Made by a program: the position numbers and the translations under genes
Shown here: positions 1 through 26,739 of the stretch, piece by piece
How the letters are laid out: the number at the start of each line of letters is the position of its first letter
Position numbering within the stretch: position 1 is the first letter of the stretch
From: Amoebidium appalachense
Taxonomy: Eukaryota; Protista; Ichthyosporea
Assembly: GCA_963693365.1 (NCBI GenBank)
Contig: CAVNZM010000005.1
Coordinates: 9,590,334-9,654,333, forward strand
Length of the DNA: 64,000 bases
Reading direction: 5' to 3'
The notes under the pieces: generated by a model
Databases searched by the model: none
Told to the model about the DNA's origin: nothing
Seen by the model: only the letters and a program-made list of their open reading frames with translations

Positions 1-876
1 TCCCGCCGACCGTCTCTGGACTCTTAGTGTGGAGTTCCGCTAATGATGGGTGCATTTAAAGTGTCTCCTGCATTCTCTTGGTGTTTTTCTTTTTTACCGT
101 CTCCTTTGCTTCAGTTGTTGTCTGAAGTTCAACCATATGCCTTTCGGTCCCTCCCCCCTCCCTCCCTCCCCCCTCCCCCCCTCCCCTCCCTCCCTCCCCC
201 CTCCTCCTCCCCCCCCCCCCCGCCCCCACCACCCCCACCCCACCCCTCCCCACCACCCCCAGCGTTTCACTGTTCGTTTTTTGCTTACGCACAATTATTC
301 GTTCTTACCTTTGTAATTCGCAGTGTACCGAATTCTCCCCCCCCCCCCCCCCCCCCCCCCCATCACACCCCTCCCTCCCCCTCCCCCCTCCCCCCCCTCC
401 CCCCTCCCCCCTCCCCCTCCCCCCCCCCTCGCCGCAGGCAGCTCTTTCTCATATCCCAGCCATCAACATTTATTGTTCTTTTTGTGAATCCTTCTGGCTT
501 TCTTTGTGCTTTCCCACTATCGTGACTCGACCAAACCACCCTTCCTGATAGACATAGGTGCCCCAAAGAGCATATCTAAAAGCATAAAGGGAATGTACTG
601 AAGAAGTCCCCCCCCCCCCCCCCCCCCGTCTCCCTCTCCCCCCCTCCTCCCCCCACCGACCCCGTTGTTTCATTGGAAAGTGGTTGGTAAGAAATATGCT
701 GTAATGCTACTCTATGATGTTAAATATGACGGCAACTCACCGTAAGTCTGGCGATGATGGATGAATAGATACCTGTCGCAACGTGAATGCTGCTGTCTAT
801 TTTCCTGCGAGACAAAAATACCATATATGTGGATATGTTAAAGTGAATGATACGAATGGCCTGGGGGTTTGCGCAG

Positions 877-12664
<11,788 letters not shown>

Positions 12665-12682
12665 ACGAGAAATGGGTGGAAC

Positions 12683-12753
<71 letters not shown>

Positions 12754-13340
12754 ACCTCCCCGGCCCCATGCATGTGTTGCTTGTGAGCCCTACTTGCCGA
12801 TATGAATTGGGTTGTTTACCTGTGATTTCCATGCAATATACCGTTTTTTTTTCTCTTTCTTTCTTTCTTTTTTTGGGGGAGAGGGGGGGGGGGGGGGATT
12901 TTTCACCTCTAATGATTATGAACTTATCCGGGCCAATTAACTGTGGTCTTTCATAAAATTTGGTGAATGCTTGTCAACATTCTACGAATGGTTGTCTGTA
13001 TGGGAGGCTAGTCACGGTCTCCAAAATTGGCAATGCACTGAATGAATGTATGAGGGCTGTTTGAGTTGCTTACTTGGCCTCACTGGGTTATGCTTTAGTG
13101 TAAAATTGATTGACTTGAAACAAACGAAATGCATGCATTTTTTTTTATATGTGACGTGGGAAATTGTGTTATGTATTATGCTGACTTGACTTCTGCGAAT
13201 GTCACAGTATTTCTTCTTTTCCGGCTATTCAAATCTGAGAGCGGTGAAGCGTGTGGTTTCAAATCAAGAACCCGGGCTTGTTTTTTTATTTTTTTCCCTT
13301 TTCTGTTCTAATTTTACATTTTTATTAGTTTCTTTTACCC

Positions 13341-13384
<44 letters not shown>

Positions 13385-13638
13385 TTTTTTTTTTTTATTT
13401 ATTGGATTCATTCTGCTTGATACTCTTGAGAAATCATTGAGTCTCCGCAAACCTTTCTTTCTTTAAACGAATTAGGTAAGATATATAGGTACATACGCCT
13501 GGGCCAGCTATGCGAATGTATGATGTAAGCTGGTCAGTGAAAACCAGAACCTATCAAACATAATATTTGCAGTACAATACCTGAACGTTACCCGTACACT
13601 GCAGCCATGGTCTAAAAGACATATCCCCCCCCCCCCCC

Positions 13639-14010
13639 AGGGAAGTATCGACTTAGGTATCGACGGGGGAGCTTCCTAGAAGCCCCGTCTCCTGAGTTCC
13701 TATCTATATTTTTCTTGCTTCTGCTTACTGCTGCAACTTTAACCCCCGGCCTTTCCCACTGCCCTTGCCTGCATAAGCAACCCTGCTCGTCTCTGATCAA
13801 GACGGGTGACCTACTCATGTTCAAGTGAAACAGTATCTGAGTTGGGTTTCGTTAACGAGGGGAATAGGTCGAAACTCGGGTACTGTGGATGACGTGGGCC
13901 CCCCCTGAGGATGGGCTCTGCTTATTATGCATACTCTTTATGTATGGCTTGCATTCTGCATCGTGTTATCCGTTTGTTCTTGTGTACTTCGTACTTTTTG
14001 ACGCATTCAA

Positions 14011-14012
<2 letters not shown>
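13639..14012 (+). mobile_element. Poly(C)-flanked structured non-coding repeat, subfamily A, full-length copy
   Basis: Same 374-bp sequence and same ends as 3673-4046; intergenic, between C tracts. Confidence 0.85.
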
Positions 14013-14050
<38 letters not shown>

Positions 14051-14116
14051 CCGGCCCCAGGACCCAGCTAGGCTCTCCGGATCAGCCAGGCAAACACCAA
14101 CGCATGCACACAGCCT

Positions 14117-14157
<41 letters not shown>

Positions 14158-14243
14158 TACACTCATAGACACACACACACACACACACACACGTGTACAC
14201 ACACACAGACACACACACACACACACACAAACAGCATGCGCGT

Positions 14244-14314
<71 letters not shown>

Positions 14315-15835
14315 AATACGCACACACACACACACACACACATCAATACGCACACATGCATGCGAGCACTCGTGATCACACACGTGCACGCACATGGTCA
14401 AAAACAATCAGGCATATACATACTATATGTAAACAAACGCACATCACAATCCATCATGGCACATACTGCACACGTGTACGCTTGCACCTATGAACTATGT
14501 AACCAGATGCATTGCATTAATTAAAATAGAATTAGTAGAAGTTCGGACGCTATCCAAGCGCTGAGTTGCAAACCGTTCAAGTTCTGGGTTCCGGCAAAGG
14601 GGGGGCCCGGGGAGGATGTTTGCGCAACGGGCCGGTTACGTAACAGGTGTTTTGCGCCATTATTCTTTGCTTTGATTGGTTCAGCCTTCCATTGAATTAC
14701 CTCCGGGAAAGCTGGTGGGTCTTAAGTGAATTTTTTTTTTCTAAATGCAGTAAAAACTAAAAATGTAAAAAAGTTCTAACAAATCCAATTTCTACCGTCA
14801 TAAGTAGTATAGATAAGCAAAATTACAATATTGTACATTTATTAACTTGAGTAAGTTGCTTCTATAGGCGGTCTTGTTGTGTCATAATGATATGAGTATG
14901 TAAATGTTTTTCATTAGAGTGTGGTCTGGTCAACATCGATGCATATATGACTAGTTGGAGCAACTAGTTTCACGCATACACGTACACTTAAGGTTTTGCC
15001 CGCTGGTGTCCTTTGTCACTTGTCGCTTTATTTTTATTTCGTAGCTTTGGCTTTTTCAGTTCTATTGGTGGTTATGTAGCCTGTGGCTGCACGTTGCCTT
15101 CATCAACGGATCAATAAACCCGAGTCAAAAGAAAAAGTTTTTCATTCTAATCATGCATCCGATTCCCCATTGATGGCGTGAGGTTGCGAGGGTTCATTCC
15201 ATTTTGCTTCGCTGTGGCGCTGACCAATGAGAAGCACGCATCATGATGCTAACAGCGATATCGACTTGGCGGTTTGCCGGTACGGGAAGAGCCAATAAAC
15301 TTCGTCCATTATAACTTACATGAGTATTTCCGCATCAAGTCTCAGAGACCAGTATGATTGTTCAAATCTTAGAATGTATAATCGATAAAATAAGTCTATG
15401 AATACTTATTTACAAATGAATTGTCTAACTACAACTGATATGTATTCCTTTGGGAGGCTCAGATTGCTTGAAGTTAGAACTTTTTTATTTTTGACCTTGC
15501 ATGTTGATACGCTACAGATCATCTATTTGCACAGATCGCATTCCGATATCCAATCATGGTGAGCCATAGTTCCACTATATAAAGCCCTTATTCCGCAAGC
15601 TCTGTCATTATGACGCGTACAGAAGCTGGGGTGGAAAACGTAAACGGAAAGGTTTCATTGCTACATACAGAATGGCAACTGGACATTACGATACACCTGA
15701 CCTTCCACCAACTGCCGTTCCCTGCGGTGGTTCTACTAGCCCACGCACACAGGGCACTCTCCTTCTTGTTGTGAACGGGTGCGAAAAGAGATCAACAAAC
15801 GTCTATCATGGGAGCTGCAGGTGGCAAGCAAGAAC

Positions 15836-16263
15836 ATGTGGGGGCAATGTTGAAGTGATCACCGCTGTGCCCACCTCACCGAAGAGATCCCCTTCCCTCA
15901 CCGCTTTCGGAAGCCCGACAGCGTTTACTGTCTACTCTTCTTCGGATGAGCTTTCACGCGTTGTGCAGAGAAGGTCTAGTGCCTCTTCCACTCACCATCT
16001 GTCATAGTCGAAGTCATAGTCGACGGCCTGTAGCCTATGTTATACGCGATGTGGGGGCAATGTTGAAGTGATCACCACTGTGCCCACCTCACCGAAGAGA
16101 TCCCCTTCCCTCACCGCTTTCGGAAGCCCGACAGCGTTTACTGTCTACTCTTCTTCGGATGAGCTTTCACGCGTTGTGCAGAGAAGGTCTAGTGCCTCTT
16201 CCACTCACCATCTGTCATAGTCGAAGTCATAGTCGACGGCCTGTAGCCTATGTTATACGCGAT
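15836..16263. repeat. 213-bp tandem duplication
   Basis: ATGTGGGGGCAATGTTGAAGTGATCACC...TATACGCG occurs at 15836 and again at 16049, nearly identical. Confidence 0.9.
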
Positions 16264-17113
16264 CTTCTTTCCTTGTCCCGTTTGGGAGCCCGAGAGCGTT
16301 TCCCGTGTGCTCTTCTTCGGGAAGACATTTTCCGCTGGGCGGAGGGGAACCAAATTAGCGCTTATTCCACCTACGATCTCTTTTACAGTCAGACTTCTGT
16401 AGTTAGCAATGTTAAACGCAAAAACCTGCTTTGTGCCAGTAGAAAAAGCCTAAAAATTGTTGTTCAGACCGAATGATAGTGATTGCGGTGCTCTTAAAAC
16501 GTTCGAATGCCACTGTCTCTTGTTAAATGGAGCAAAAAATGTTCTTTTGTACAGTATATGTTTTTTTTTTTTTTGTGTTTTTATGTGTTCGAAGGCCTTG
16601 GTAATGTGTCGATGTGAAACGAAATCCGAATACTGCCCGGGGCAGTTGTAGCTCCGTCCACTTCTAGAGGTTGTGCTGAATGGTGAGGTAATCAGAATAA
16701 ACTTTTTTCAAGCAATCCGTTGCTTTAAACTTCCCCTCACTCTCTAATGGGTGCTGGGAATTGGAAATACACTTCCTTCACTTCTAAGAGTGGGTCGGGG
16801 CCTCGAGCCCCATACTAGAACTAGGTATCATATATAATTCTCCATTGTGACACAGCACTTCAGTGCTAGGCTTAAAAATTTCAAAGAAATTGTCAACAGA
16901 AACACCATACAAACCCAACAACAAACTCACAAGAGCTTTACTACATATGTGTTGAATCCTTGGTGTTACTCACACAATCATAGGTCATCTGATATGTATC
17001 AAAGGGTACAATGTTGAGGGTGGCAATGACGGTGCCTGACCATGCGATGGGCTGATGAAGATCATGCGGTATAGCCCCAGAAGGCTATTAGAGCAGAAAT
17101 GGCTAAGAGTTTC

Positions 17114-17164
<51 letters not shown>

Positions 17165-18954
17165 ACCCCATTAGGCACCAAGATCCCCTCCCCCCCCCCC
17201 TCCAACCGGGGGGGCCGCGCCCGCCCGCCCCTTCCTGCAGTGATCAGCTTTCTTTTCACTCTCTCGTTAACAGTATTGCAAGCCAGAAAAAAAAACGATT
17301 AAACTTTCTAGAAGATCTTCGATATATGACTATCGTTATGGATCTTCCCCCCCTCACACACCACCACCACCACCACCACCATCACCACCAAAAAATTCTT
17401 TTCTCCGGCGGCCGTTTTTGGGAAATGCCGTCCTGACCATGATACCTCTCGTCTTAGATCCATGTTTATCAATAGACATGTTAGACTTGGCAAAAAATAA
17501 AATATAAAATAACATACGTATACACCGTCTAAATCATTATGATATGTGAAAGGATACATTAGATATTGTACAAGAGACTCATAGGCTAAGCACTTGTGAG
17601 GCCTAGGCGCCGGGGAGTCACTGAATTTTTATGGACCTTGATTATGAATTTTTAGTTATCCGGGTGGTGGGTCGGCGGGTGTGGGCATGCGACAAATTGT
17701 CAGTGTCTGTGTGTCGCGGAGGGAGGGGAAGGGAGCGTGAGGATTGTCTGTGTGCATGTACATGTGCGTGTGTGTGTCAGTGTGTCACATTATGTGTGTG
17801 TGTATGTGTTTGGTGTGTGTGCGTGTGTGCGCGCGTGCACGGGGGCACGCGCGGGTGTGACTGTGTGTGCGCGTGTGTGACTGTGTGTGTGTGTGCACTG
17901 TGTGTGTTGGTGGCGGTGGTGGGGTGGTGGTGGTGGGGAGCGGGCGAGGCTCGCGGGGGGAGGGGGGGAGGGGGGGGGGGGAAGGGGGGGGGAGGGGGCC
18001 CTATAGTGCCTATAGCGTCTCGGTTGAAACATATGGAAATAAAGCACTAACATAATTGTGTAATTGCCGTGGCGCCCTGCAAACTATATAATATATTGGA
18101 AAAACCGTTACACATGCAATGACTTAATGATCAATGTTTGCAGACGTACTGAAAACATGGACATGAGAGTCTAGTGTTGCAAAGCTGCGAAGAGAAGGTG
18201 AATGGGAGAGCCCTGACAGTGTGGAGGGGGGGGAGGAGGAGGTGGGGAGGGAGGAGGGGGCTGGGAGCTTGAGGGGTACTAGGGGGGGGGGGGAGGGAGG
18301 GGGCTGGCCGCATGAGGCCCAGGGAGGGGGGGGGGGGGATATTATGTGGGGGGATATTATGTGGATTTACAAAGATATGGAAGAAATTGGCCATGCATCC
18401 ACAACGCGTGTGTGTGACATGACATTGACAATGTACATGGGTGTTGTGCATGTGCCGGGTGTGTGCGTATGTGTTTGTGTGTGTGTGCGCGCGCACGTGT
18501 GTGTGCGCGTGTGTGTGTAGATTTGAATATGTGCTCTGGCCCTGGAGGGCTGGAAGGAGCCGGGGGGAGGGGCGGTGGTAAGGGGGAGGGAGTGGGGTAA
18601 AAGGGCGAGGAAGGACTGCCTGAGAACAGTGTATGGCATTATGATCCCCCACGTCTTGATGCATGTTTTACTGCTCATAAAATTTCAATTACTGTTTAAT
18701 TGCGGAGCTCGCAGTGTCATAGGGCTACTTTCTCAAGTCAGTACGTATGAAGGAATGCAAATCATTGACACTGACACAATGTCAAGTGAGTGGCTGAGTA
18801 GTTGGAACATCTGTGTAGAAGTTAGAGTTTAGTAATTACAAGGTAATCTAATATACCAATTGAAACAAGCATTTAACATCAGACCGTGAGACCTATATTA
18901 AATAGTATGTGCATCTGTAGTACCACGAAAAGAATCTCTGAGTACATGTACATA

Positions 18955-18991
<37 letters not shown>

Positions 18992-19038
18992 TGTGCCTGC
19001 ATGCGCCCACGCTTGCATGCATGAATGGATGCAGTAGC

Positions 19039-19081
<43 letters not shown>

Positions 19082-19559
19082 GACCTCGCGTGGTTACTGT
19101 GAATGCCCGTATGCTAACATGTATACAAAATAGTTGGTATTCATTATTGACCGGTTCATGCATAATACTGTAGCCTGAATTACTAAACGTAACTAATATT
19201 AGAAAAATTACTGAAATCAACATTTCATCAGGAACAAATCATCCTCACATATGGCACCGGAGATAATAATTGCAGGGAAGCGAAAAAGGTTTAAATGTAC
19301 AATTACGGGGCCCAATAGACGACATTAAAGCATCACATTTCGGATATCTGAAAACAGCAAAATGAAATGCCTAGAGCTGCATAGCGTACGGTAAAGATCG
19401 GCGGAGTATTCAAGATACACTGCAACACACATCCAAAAGAAATAAAACAGTGGACACTCACGTCATAATCAAATCTATGTATCACTAAGATGTCCTGAAA
19501 TCTAGTATTCTTCAGCAGATTATGAACTAATCAAAGAATTATCAAACGGAGTATCACGG

Positions 19560-21635
19560 TCAATCCATCTGGTCGATGAAATTCAAATCTTCGATGGCCT
19601 TTTGCACAGTCAATCTCTGTTGTAAAATTGAGCTGAAACCCACGTCAACTTTGGCGGTAGAGGGAGAAAGTGTAATGCCCTTGCCAGAGCAGCCATTCAA
19701 ATCTCCCTGCACCTTTTCCACATAGGATCCCCCCCCAAATTCACCGGATATCTCCCCTGGTTCAGGTGTGGTGCCGGTACTGCCCACCTTCTCACCACCC
19801 GCATGATTTTCCGTTACAGAAGTGGAAAGGACCCGGCAATCGCCGATCTCGCTTTCGAGCAAACAATTCCCATCGCCACCAATGGGGGTTAATCCCAATT
19901 CCACAAGGTGGGCCTGTGATTGGTCGGGCATGGAAGTTGCACTAGACAATGTATGACTGTCTAAGGTCCCGGACGTTTTGGCCTTGAGTGCCGCCGATGG
20001 TCTAGCCGGAGGCGTAGAAATCACCGTATCGGAATCCAAATCCAAAAACCCGGGTTTTCCAAAATCCCCACGTGTGCCTAGGTGCACCTTGGCGGAGTCC
20101 CCGCAGTGGTGATCCCCGGGCTCGGCTTGGATGTCCGAATCCGATCTACCCGATAAGGAAATCTCGGCAACACACGTATCCAATTGGTGCGCGTCGAATT
20201 CGGCTTCCTCCTGATTGGACGAAAGTGGAACCAAAACCGATTGCGATTGGTACCTCCTGCCCCCATCGCGACTCAGTTTTCCCTCCTGCACTTGTACTGT
20301 CGCTAGACTGTGCCCCACCTCTGCCGAATAGCGCCGTGACGCAATCGCGTTAATTTTTATCGAGTCGTTTTCATTGGCTCGAGCGTTGTGCGGGTGGACC
20401 AGCCGCGTCACTTTATCCGACATTAGACTCACCTCGCTATCATCCTGCCGGGCAACCGGGTAATGCGTCGCCGTGGGGGGTTCCAATGATTCAACAACCA
20501 AATTTTCGCACTGATTTTCAGCCATGGGCGATGAACTTTCCGACGGGTGGGGCGCTGTTGCTGTCTGTTTCATTTTTCCCGCTTGTGGCGATTCAGTAGC
20601 ATCCGATGACGGTGTACTTGGGCCAGGGTTTGAAAACGGCGCCAAAATTTTCGGCCCAATCACTTCATTCGCCGGTAGCTGTGTTTGTTGCTTGAACGCC
20701 GGCTGATCGAACATGTTTGCCATTTTGCCCTTTCTTTGTTTGGTGCCAATTCGATTGCGCTCGTTAAAAGTGCCGGATTTTGCGGATTCCGAATTGATTG
20801 AAGCTTTTGCTGGTGTGTTCGTAAATGGGTCAAGAGGGGCGCTCAGCGGTGGTTTGGGCAGCTGTTTTGCTGGGGATTGATTGGTTGTTCTATTTATAGG
20901 CGGCCAATGGAAATCGAGGAATTCGATGGCCTGTCTGGCCCCCATGCGACGGCGGAAATCCTTGCAGAGGAGTTGGCACACCAAATGGCGCATGTTCTCA
21001 CTGCACTCTACATCAGAGAGAGCCTGTGTACGTGTGTGTGCGCGTGTACGTGTGTGTGTGTGTGTACATGTGTGTGTACGTGTGTGTGTTTAAGCGAGCA
21101 AGCGAGCGAGTGAATGTGTGTGTGTGCGCGTGTGTATGTTTAGGGGGAGGGGGGAGGGGGAAGGGACGGGAGATCAGCAGGGCATATTCTATGTTTTCTA
21201 TTATAACTAGGAGCGCGTCGGGGGAGGGAGGGAGGGGGGAGGGGAGGGGTGGGGGTTTAATGTGTGTGAATGCATATCCACGTCCTTACGTCTGTGTGCT
21301 CGGGTGTACTATGCGTTTGTCCTAATGTCATGCTGATGTACATGTATGCTACACAGCTTGGGTGGATCCCAACAGAAGGATGCTTTTTTTTCTTGTGACG
21401 TGTGTGTGTGTGTGCGCGCGCGCGTGTATGTGTGTGTGCGCGTGAGTGCATGTGTGTGTGCATGCATCTGCCCGCTAGGAGCTGGATGCGAAGGGAAAGG
21501 GGGGAGGGGAGAGGGGAGGATGGGTGGGAAAAGGGGTTGAGTTTCAGATTTCATTACTGAGTATGAAGTCTATATTCTGTGCGGAGGGGAGGGGAGGGGG
21601 AGGTTCGGGGAGGGGGTTCGGGGAGGGGAGAAATG

Positions 21636-21667
<32 letters not shown>

Positions 21668-21751
21668 TACCTGGTCTGGCTGCCTGCTCAATGAAACAAA
21701 GAGGGGATCTGTACGTGAAGACATGGACCAAGGAAATCTACCCGTCAGCAT

Positions 21752-21783
<32 letters not shown>

Positions 21784-21792
21784 CCCGCGCGT

Positions 21793-21880
<88 letters not shown>

Positions 21881-22589
21881 GCGCGCGCGCTTGTCTGCGT
21901 GTGTGTTGGTGATTGAGTGAATGATTGCTAAGTGAGTGTGTATGTATGTATCACTGTGAAAGAGCGTAAATCTGACCAATATGGCCACAAGTGAAGACGA
22001 GAACGTGGTGGCGGTGGTGGTGGTGGTGGTGGTTGGGGGGGGGAGGGGGCTGGGGAGGGAAAGGTGGGGAGGGAAGAGAGCGTGAAGGAGAGTGGACATT
22101 GCTTTTTGTATTTTTGTATGTGGACGTGTTTGAGTGACGGGTGGGTGGGGAGGAGGAAGATACTCCAAAAGAGAGAGAAGAGGGAGTGAGATCTACGAGA
22201 GAACTTCGAAGAGGGGGGGGGGGGGGGGGGGGGGGAAAGAGAGAGGGGGGGGGGGGGGGTATGGGGAGGGGGAAGGCAGGGGGGGGGGGGGTTGGCGAGA
22301 AAAAGAAAGAGAGAGATATTGGGGGGTAGGGGAGGGGAGGGGAGGGAGGGGAGGGGAGGGAGGGAGGGAGGGAGGGAGGGAGAGAGGGAGAGAGGGAGAG
22401 AGAGAGAGATTTAAGAGATTTAAGAGAGAGAAAGAGAGTCGTGCACATTTTCTCTCTCTTAAATCTCTGAGACACACAGAGAGAGACAGAGAAGCACACA
22501 TACACAGACCCCACAAACACACGTGCACACACACACACAGAGACACAGATACCCACACCAACTTACACACCCACCCACCAACACACACA

Positions 22590-22667
<78 letters not shown>

Positions 22668-22781
22668 TAGAGAGGAGACTCACCACCAGGCAGATACCCG
22701 ATGCCCATATGTCGACAGCCTTCAGATCGAGATACACGTGTGCTGCCTTGCCCGGTGGGGGTGGTGCTAGCGCTAGCAGTT

Positions 22782-22817
<36 letters not shown>

Positions 22818-23067
22818 ATTTTGTATTTGATCGGCCGTGTCAATGAATGACTGAATATTGTTACTGCGAGTGAACCAATGATACACGGCCAGGGTTCACG
22901 TACTAAAGCATGATAGCTCCCCCCCCCCCCCCCCCCCCAAAAAAAAAAAAAAAAAAAAAAAAAAAACAAAAAAACCAACCCCCCTTCCTCTCCATCCTTC
23001 ACCCCCCACTTTCATCGTCTTCCCCATCCCCTCCTATCACCTCCCCCCCCCCCCCCCCCCCCTCCTC

Positions 23068-23099
<32 letters not shown>

Positions 23100-23394
23100 C
23101 CCCCCCCCCCCCCCTCCCCTCCCCCCCCCCCCTCCCCTCCCCCCCCCCCTCCAAAAAAAAACCTTTCTGATCCACACCAAAAGAGATACACAACTTACAG
23201 GGGCGATGTAGGGTAGTGACCCCACAAAAAAGTTAGGCACGTAATCGCTCATGTGCACAGCGCTTCCAAAATCGATCAGTTTGGCTGTTGCATTGTCAGC
23301 ATGCACACAGAGGTTGTCCAGTTTGACATCTCGGTGCACGAAGCCGTTTTCGTGCATGTGGGCTAGCCCGTGGAGGAGTTGCCTGGTGTAGAGC

Positions 23395-23462
<68 letters not shown>

Positions 23463-23857
23463 CGCGTGCGCTTTTGTGTGTGTTTTGTTTGGGGGGGGGG
23501 GGGGGGGGGAGGGGGGGGGGGGAGGGAACCGTTAGAGGGTGTAATTATAAACCCTCTCAACAAAGAAATACCAAAGGAGGAAACCCCCGGGGGGTGAGGA
23601 GGGTGGATAAAGGCGACACAATTGCAATTCAACAAAACATAGGATATAATCAAACAGGAATCGGCCTGCAACCTCTTGTTGGCTGGGCAACGGGTAGGGG
23701 GGAATGGGGGAGGGGGGAGGGGAGGAGGGAGAGAGGAGATGGGAAAGCTCGAGAGGTGTGGGGGAGAGAGAGAGAGGCAGGGAGAGGGGGCAAGGAATAA
23801 AGAAGGGGGCTGAGGGCTGAGGAAGGGGAGAGAAAAGGGGGGCTGGAGGGGAAGACA

Positions 23858-23914
<57 letters not shown>

Positions 23915-24006
23915 AGAGAGGAGCTTGAAAAGAGCCCCATACACACATAGACAAGGGAAGGAGGTGTACTGTGAGGGGAGGGGGAGGGGAGAGGGAGGGG
24001 GGAGAA

Positions 24007-24041
<35 letters not shown>

Positions 24042-24213
24042 TATAGCACCCACCTGCCTGTACCTCGCTAATACCAACGTTCTCTGGTATTCTATCAACC
24101 ACTGCCCCCCCAGCCATCACCTCCGTAAGGAGAGCACAGCTGGTAGGTGTCTCCACCCATCCCTCAAGAGAAACAATGTTGGGGTGGATGAGCTGGGGGT
24201 GAGGATGCGTGAG

Positions 24214-24282
<69 letters not shown>

Positions 24283-24640
24283 TACACGTGTGTGTCTTGT
24301 GTTTGTCTGTACGTGTATAGTAAGTCGGGTGATAGTGTTCGTGAGGCAAGTGCCCGCGTGCGCGCGTGCGTGTGTTGTGTGCATGTGTGCGTGCTTATGT
24401 GTGTGTGTAGGTGTCCCACACTAACACCAACATGCACCTACTCCTATAGCATCACCCTTAGTATCACGAACCCAAACCATGCTACACTTTAAATCACATC
24501 GACCCCCCTTCCCCCCCCCCCCCCCCCCCCCCCTCTTCACATACACACCTTTCCCCACAGCCTTTGCTCCCCCCCCCCCCTCCCCCCCCCCCGGCCCCCC
24601 CCCTCCCCTCCCCCTTTTTTTCTCCTTTAATGAGAGCGCG

Positions 24641-24685
<45 letters not shown>

Positions 24686-26113
24686 CTTCTTGAGAACTCT
24701 GATTTCGTTGTGCAATGCCGCCACATCCGAGGACCTTGAGACCTCCTATGGCAACAATGAAAAAAAACGTCGGTTATATAGAAAGAAAAGGAAAAGCAAA
24801 CGGCACCCGCGTGGTATTATGTAGCACAGATATTCATACAGATATTCATACAGATATTTACACATATTCACACAGGTTTTCATCCCTATTACGGGGTTGC
24901 ACCATGAGACCTTGAAGGTTTATGTCGGCCTCCCCCCCCCCCCCCCCCCCCCCCCCCCTCCCCCTTCCCCTCCAAACAACAACAAGAACAACAACAACAA
25001 CAACAAAACCATGTAAGACGACAGCATGAGTGTCACCAATCACGACCGCTTTAATGGCACGACTGAAATTTGAGACGCTGCTGATGTCACCAAGCACAGC
25101 GATTAAGTTTTGCCTATACTAATTATGGAATTTCCTTTATTGTGTGGGCATTTGTTAGGGGTGCACAGTCGAGAGATGTCTGCTTTAGTTTTAAAAAAAA
25201 GATGTTAAAATTAGATTAATGGCAGGAAACCGAAAGGCGCACAGCAGGGTGGCAAGGATAATCTCAAGCAAGTGCATTGCCTCGTGGCTTAACCTCCAAA
25301 ACGACAAGAAACCAAATCTCCATTCCCGGTCAATACCTTTGGTTTTTGTCATTTTTACTGGTGAATAATTCTTAATGTGCGCTGAGTTAGCACGCTGGGA
25401 GATGGAGAACGTAATTTGCCAACCAAGAAAAGCTGACCGTTTTTCTTCTTTCGTCTTCCTCTTTCATCTATTTCTCAGTAATTTCGGGCCATTCTTTCTG
25501 CCCCCCCCCCCCCCCCCCCCAAGGAAAAAAAAAGGCCCAACCGGGTAGTTCTAAGTTTGAATATCCCAATATAAACCGCCCGCCGAAGACCTATTGGCGC
25601 TTTTCGTTCTAGTTTTCTATAGCGATGATGTTCATTGGCTTGCACGGTTGCAGAGGTTACCATTAAAACACAAGTGGGAACGATATGCCACCTAGTAAAA
25701 CAAACGGTTAAAAAATAAAAAGAACCAAAACCATTCTTAGGATTTATCTAGCTCATTCTTAACTTTTCTCATACGACAACATTCAACTATCAGATTTCTT
25801 CCAGGCACATGCCATCACCTTGCTGCTTTCCTTGCTGGCAAGAACACTTGCTACTTATGAACAATGAAAAACCAATATTAAAAACTAAAAATTATCATTA
25901 AGTCTACCTCCACAGTTGCATTTGTTCCGCTGTAGATCTGTTATCTAGATGGCCATTTTGACAGGAAACTGGCTTTTTTTTTTACACGTAGGGACACACT
26001 GACCATCCAGCGAGGTGCATGCAAACATCAAAACCGACCACACACACATCCACGCATCACCCTCATGCCATGATATGTAACCTTTCTCTCTTTTGTTGTT
26101 GCCTGCTGTGTCT

Positions 26114-26148
<35 letters not shown>

Positions 26149-26739
26149 CCTCAACCCCGTAAGGCACGATCATATACAGACCAACCCACCGTGTACAAAG
26201 AAACAGACCCCACACCGTCATACAAACACACACAACACACAGGCCCCTTCTTATCCTCCTCTTCTTGCAGGTAAACTCCAACCTCCCCCCCCCCCCCCCC
26301 CCCCCCCCACCCGTGATCTTTTGCACTAACATCGCAGCCCCCCCCCCCCCCAACACACGCACACGCACACACACACATAAAACACACACTCACACACACG
26401 CGCGCGCACGTGCGCGCGTCAACACTCTCAAGCCAAAAACAATACCTTCAGCGCAACGACCCTCTGTGTCTCTCCATCAAACGCAGCCACCACTGCAGCC
26501 CTTGAACCTCGCCCAAGTAGTTTCAGCATTCGGAATCTCCCGCTGAAAATCACCGAATTCTTACCCAATGCTGCAGCAGCAGAGGATGAACTGGTGGCGT
26601 GCGGAACAGTTATGAGATTTTGTTGGTTTGTTCCGGTTGTAATCTGTACCGTGTGCAATTGAGCGAACTGAGTGGAATGCGGCAATTTTAAAACGCTGCG
26701 CTTGCTTTCATCTAGCACTGGTTCTTCGTAGAGCGCCAT
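19560..26739 (-). CDS. Ser/Thr protein kinase (CAMK-like) with a long low-complexity C-terminal tail, spliced
   Basis: Exons (minus strand) 26739-26446, 24745-24686, 24192-24054, 23395-23199, 22782-22684, 21754-21671, 21023-19560. Motifs: LGRGSRAAV, VALK, HNEIRVL, HPNIV, HRDVKLDN, IDFG, GSLPYIAPE, DIWASGI, GRFPW, RRMGA. All junctions GT-AG and in phase. Confidence 0.92.

Noticed and set aside
16797-16825. Helitron 3' end (GGGGC-CTCGA-GCCCC hairpin then CTAG)
   Set aside because: Short stem, CTAG not followed by T, and no identifiable 5' TC end or second copy.
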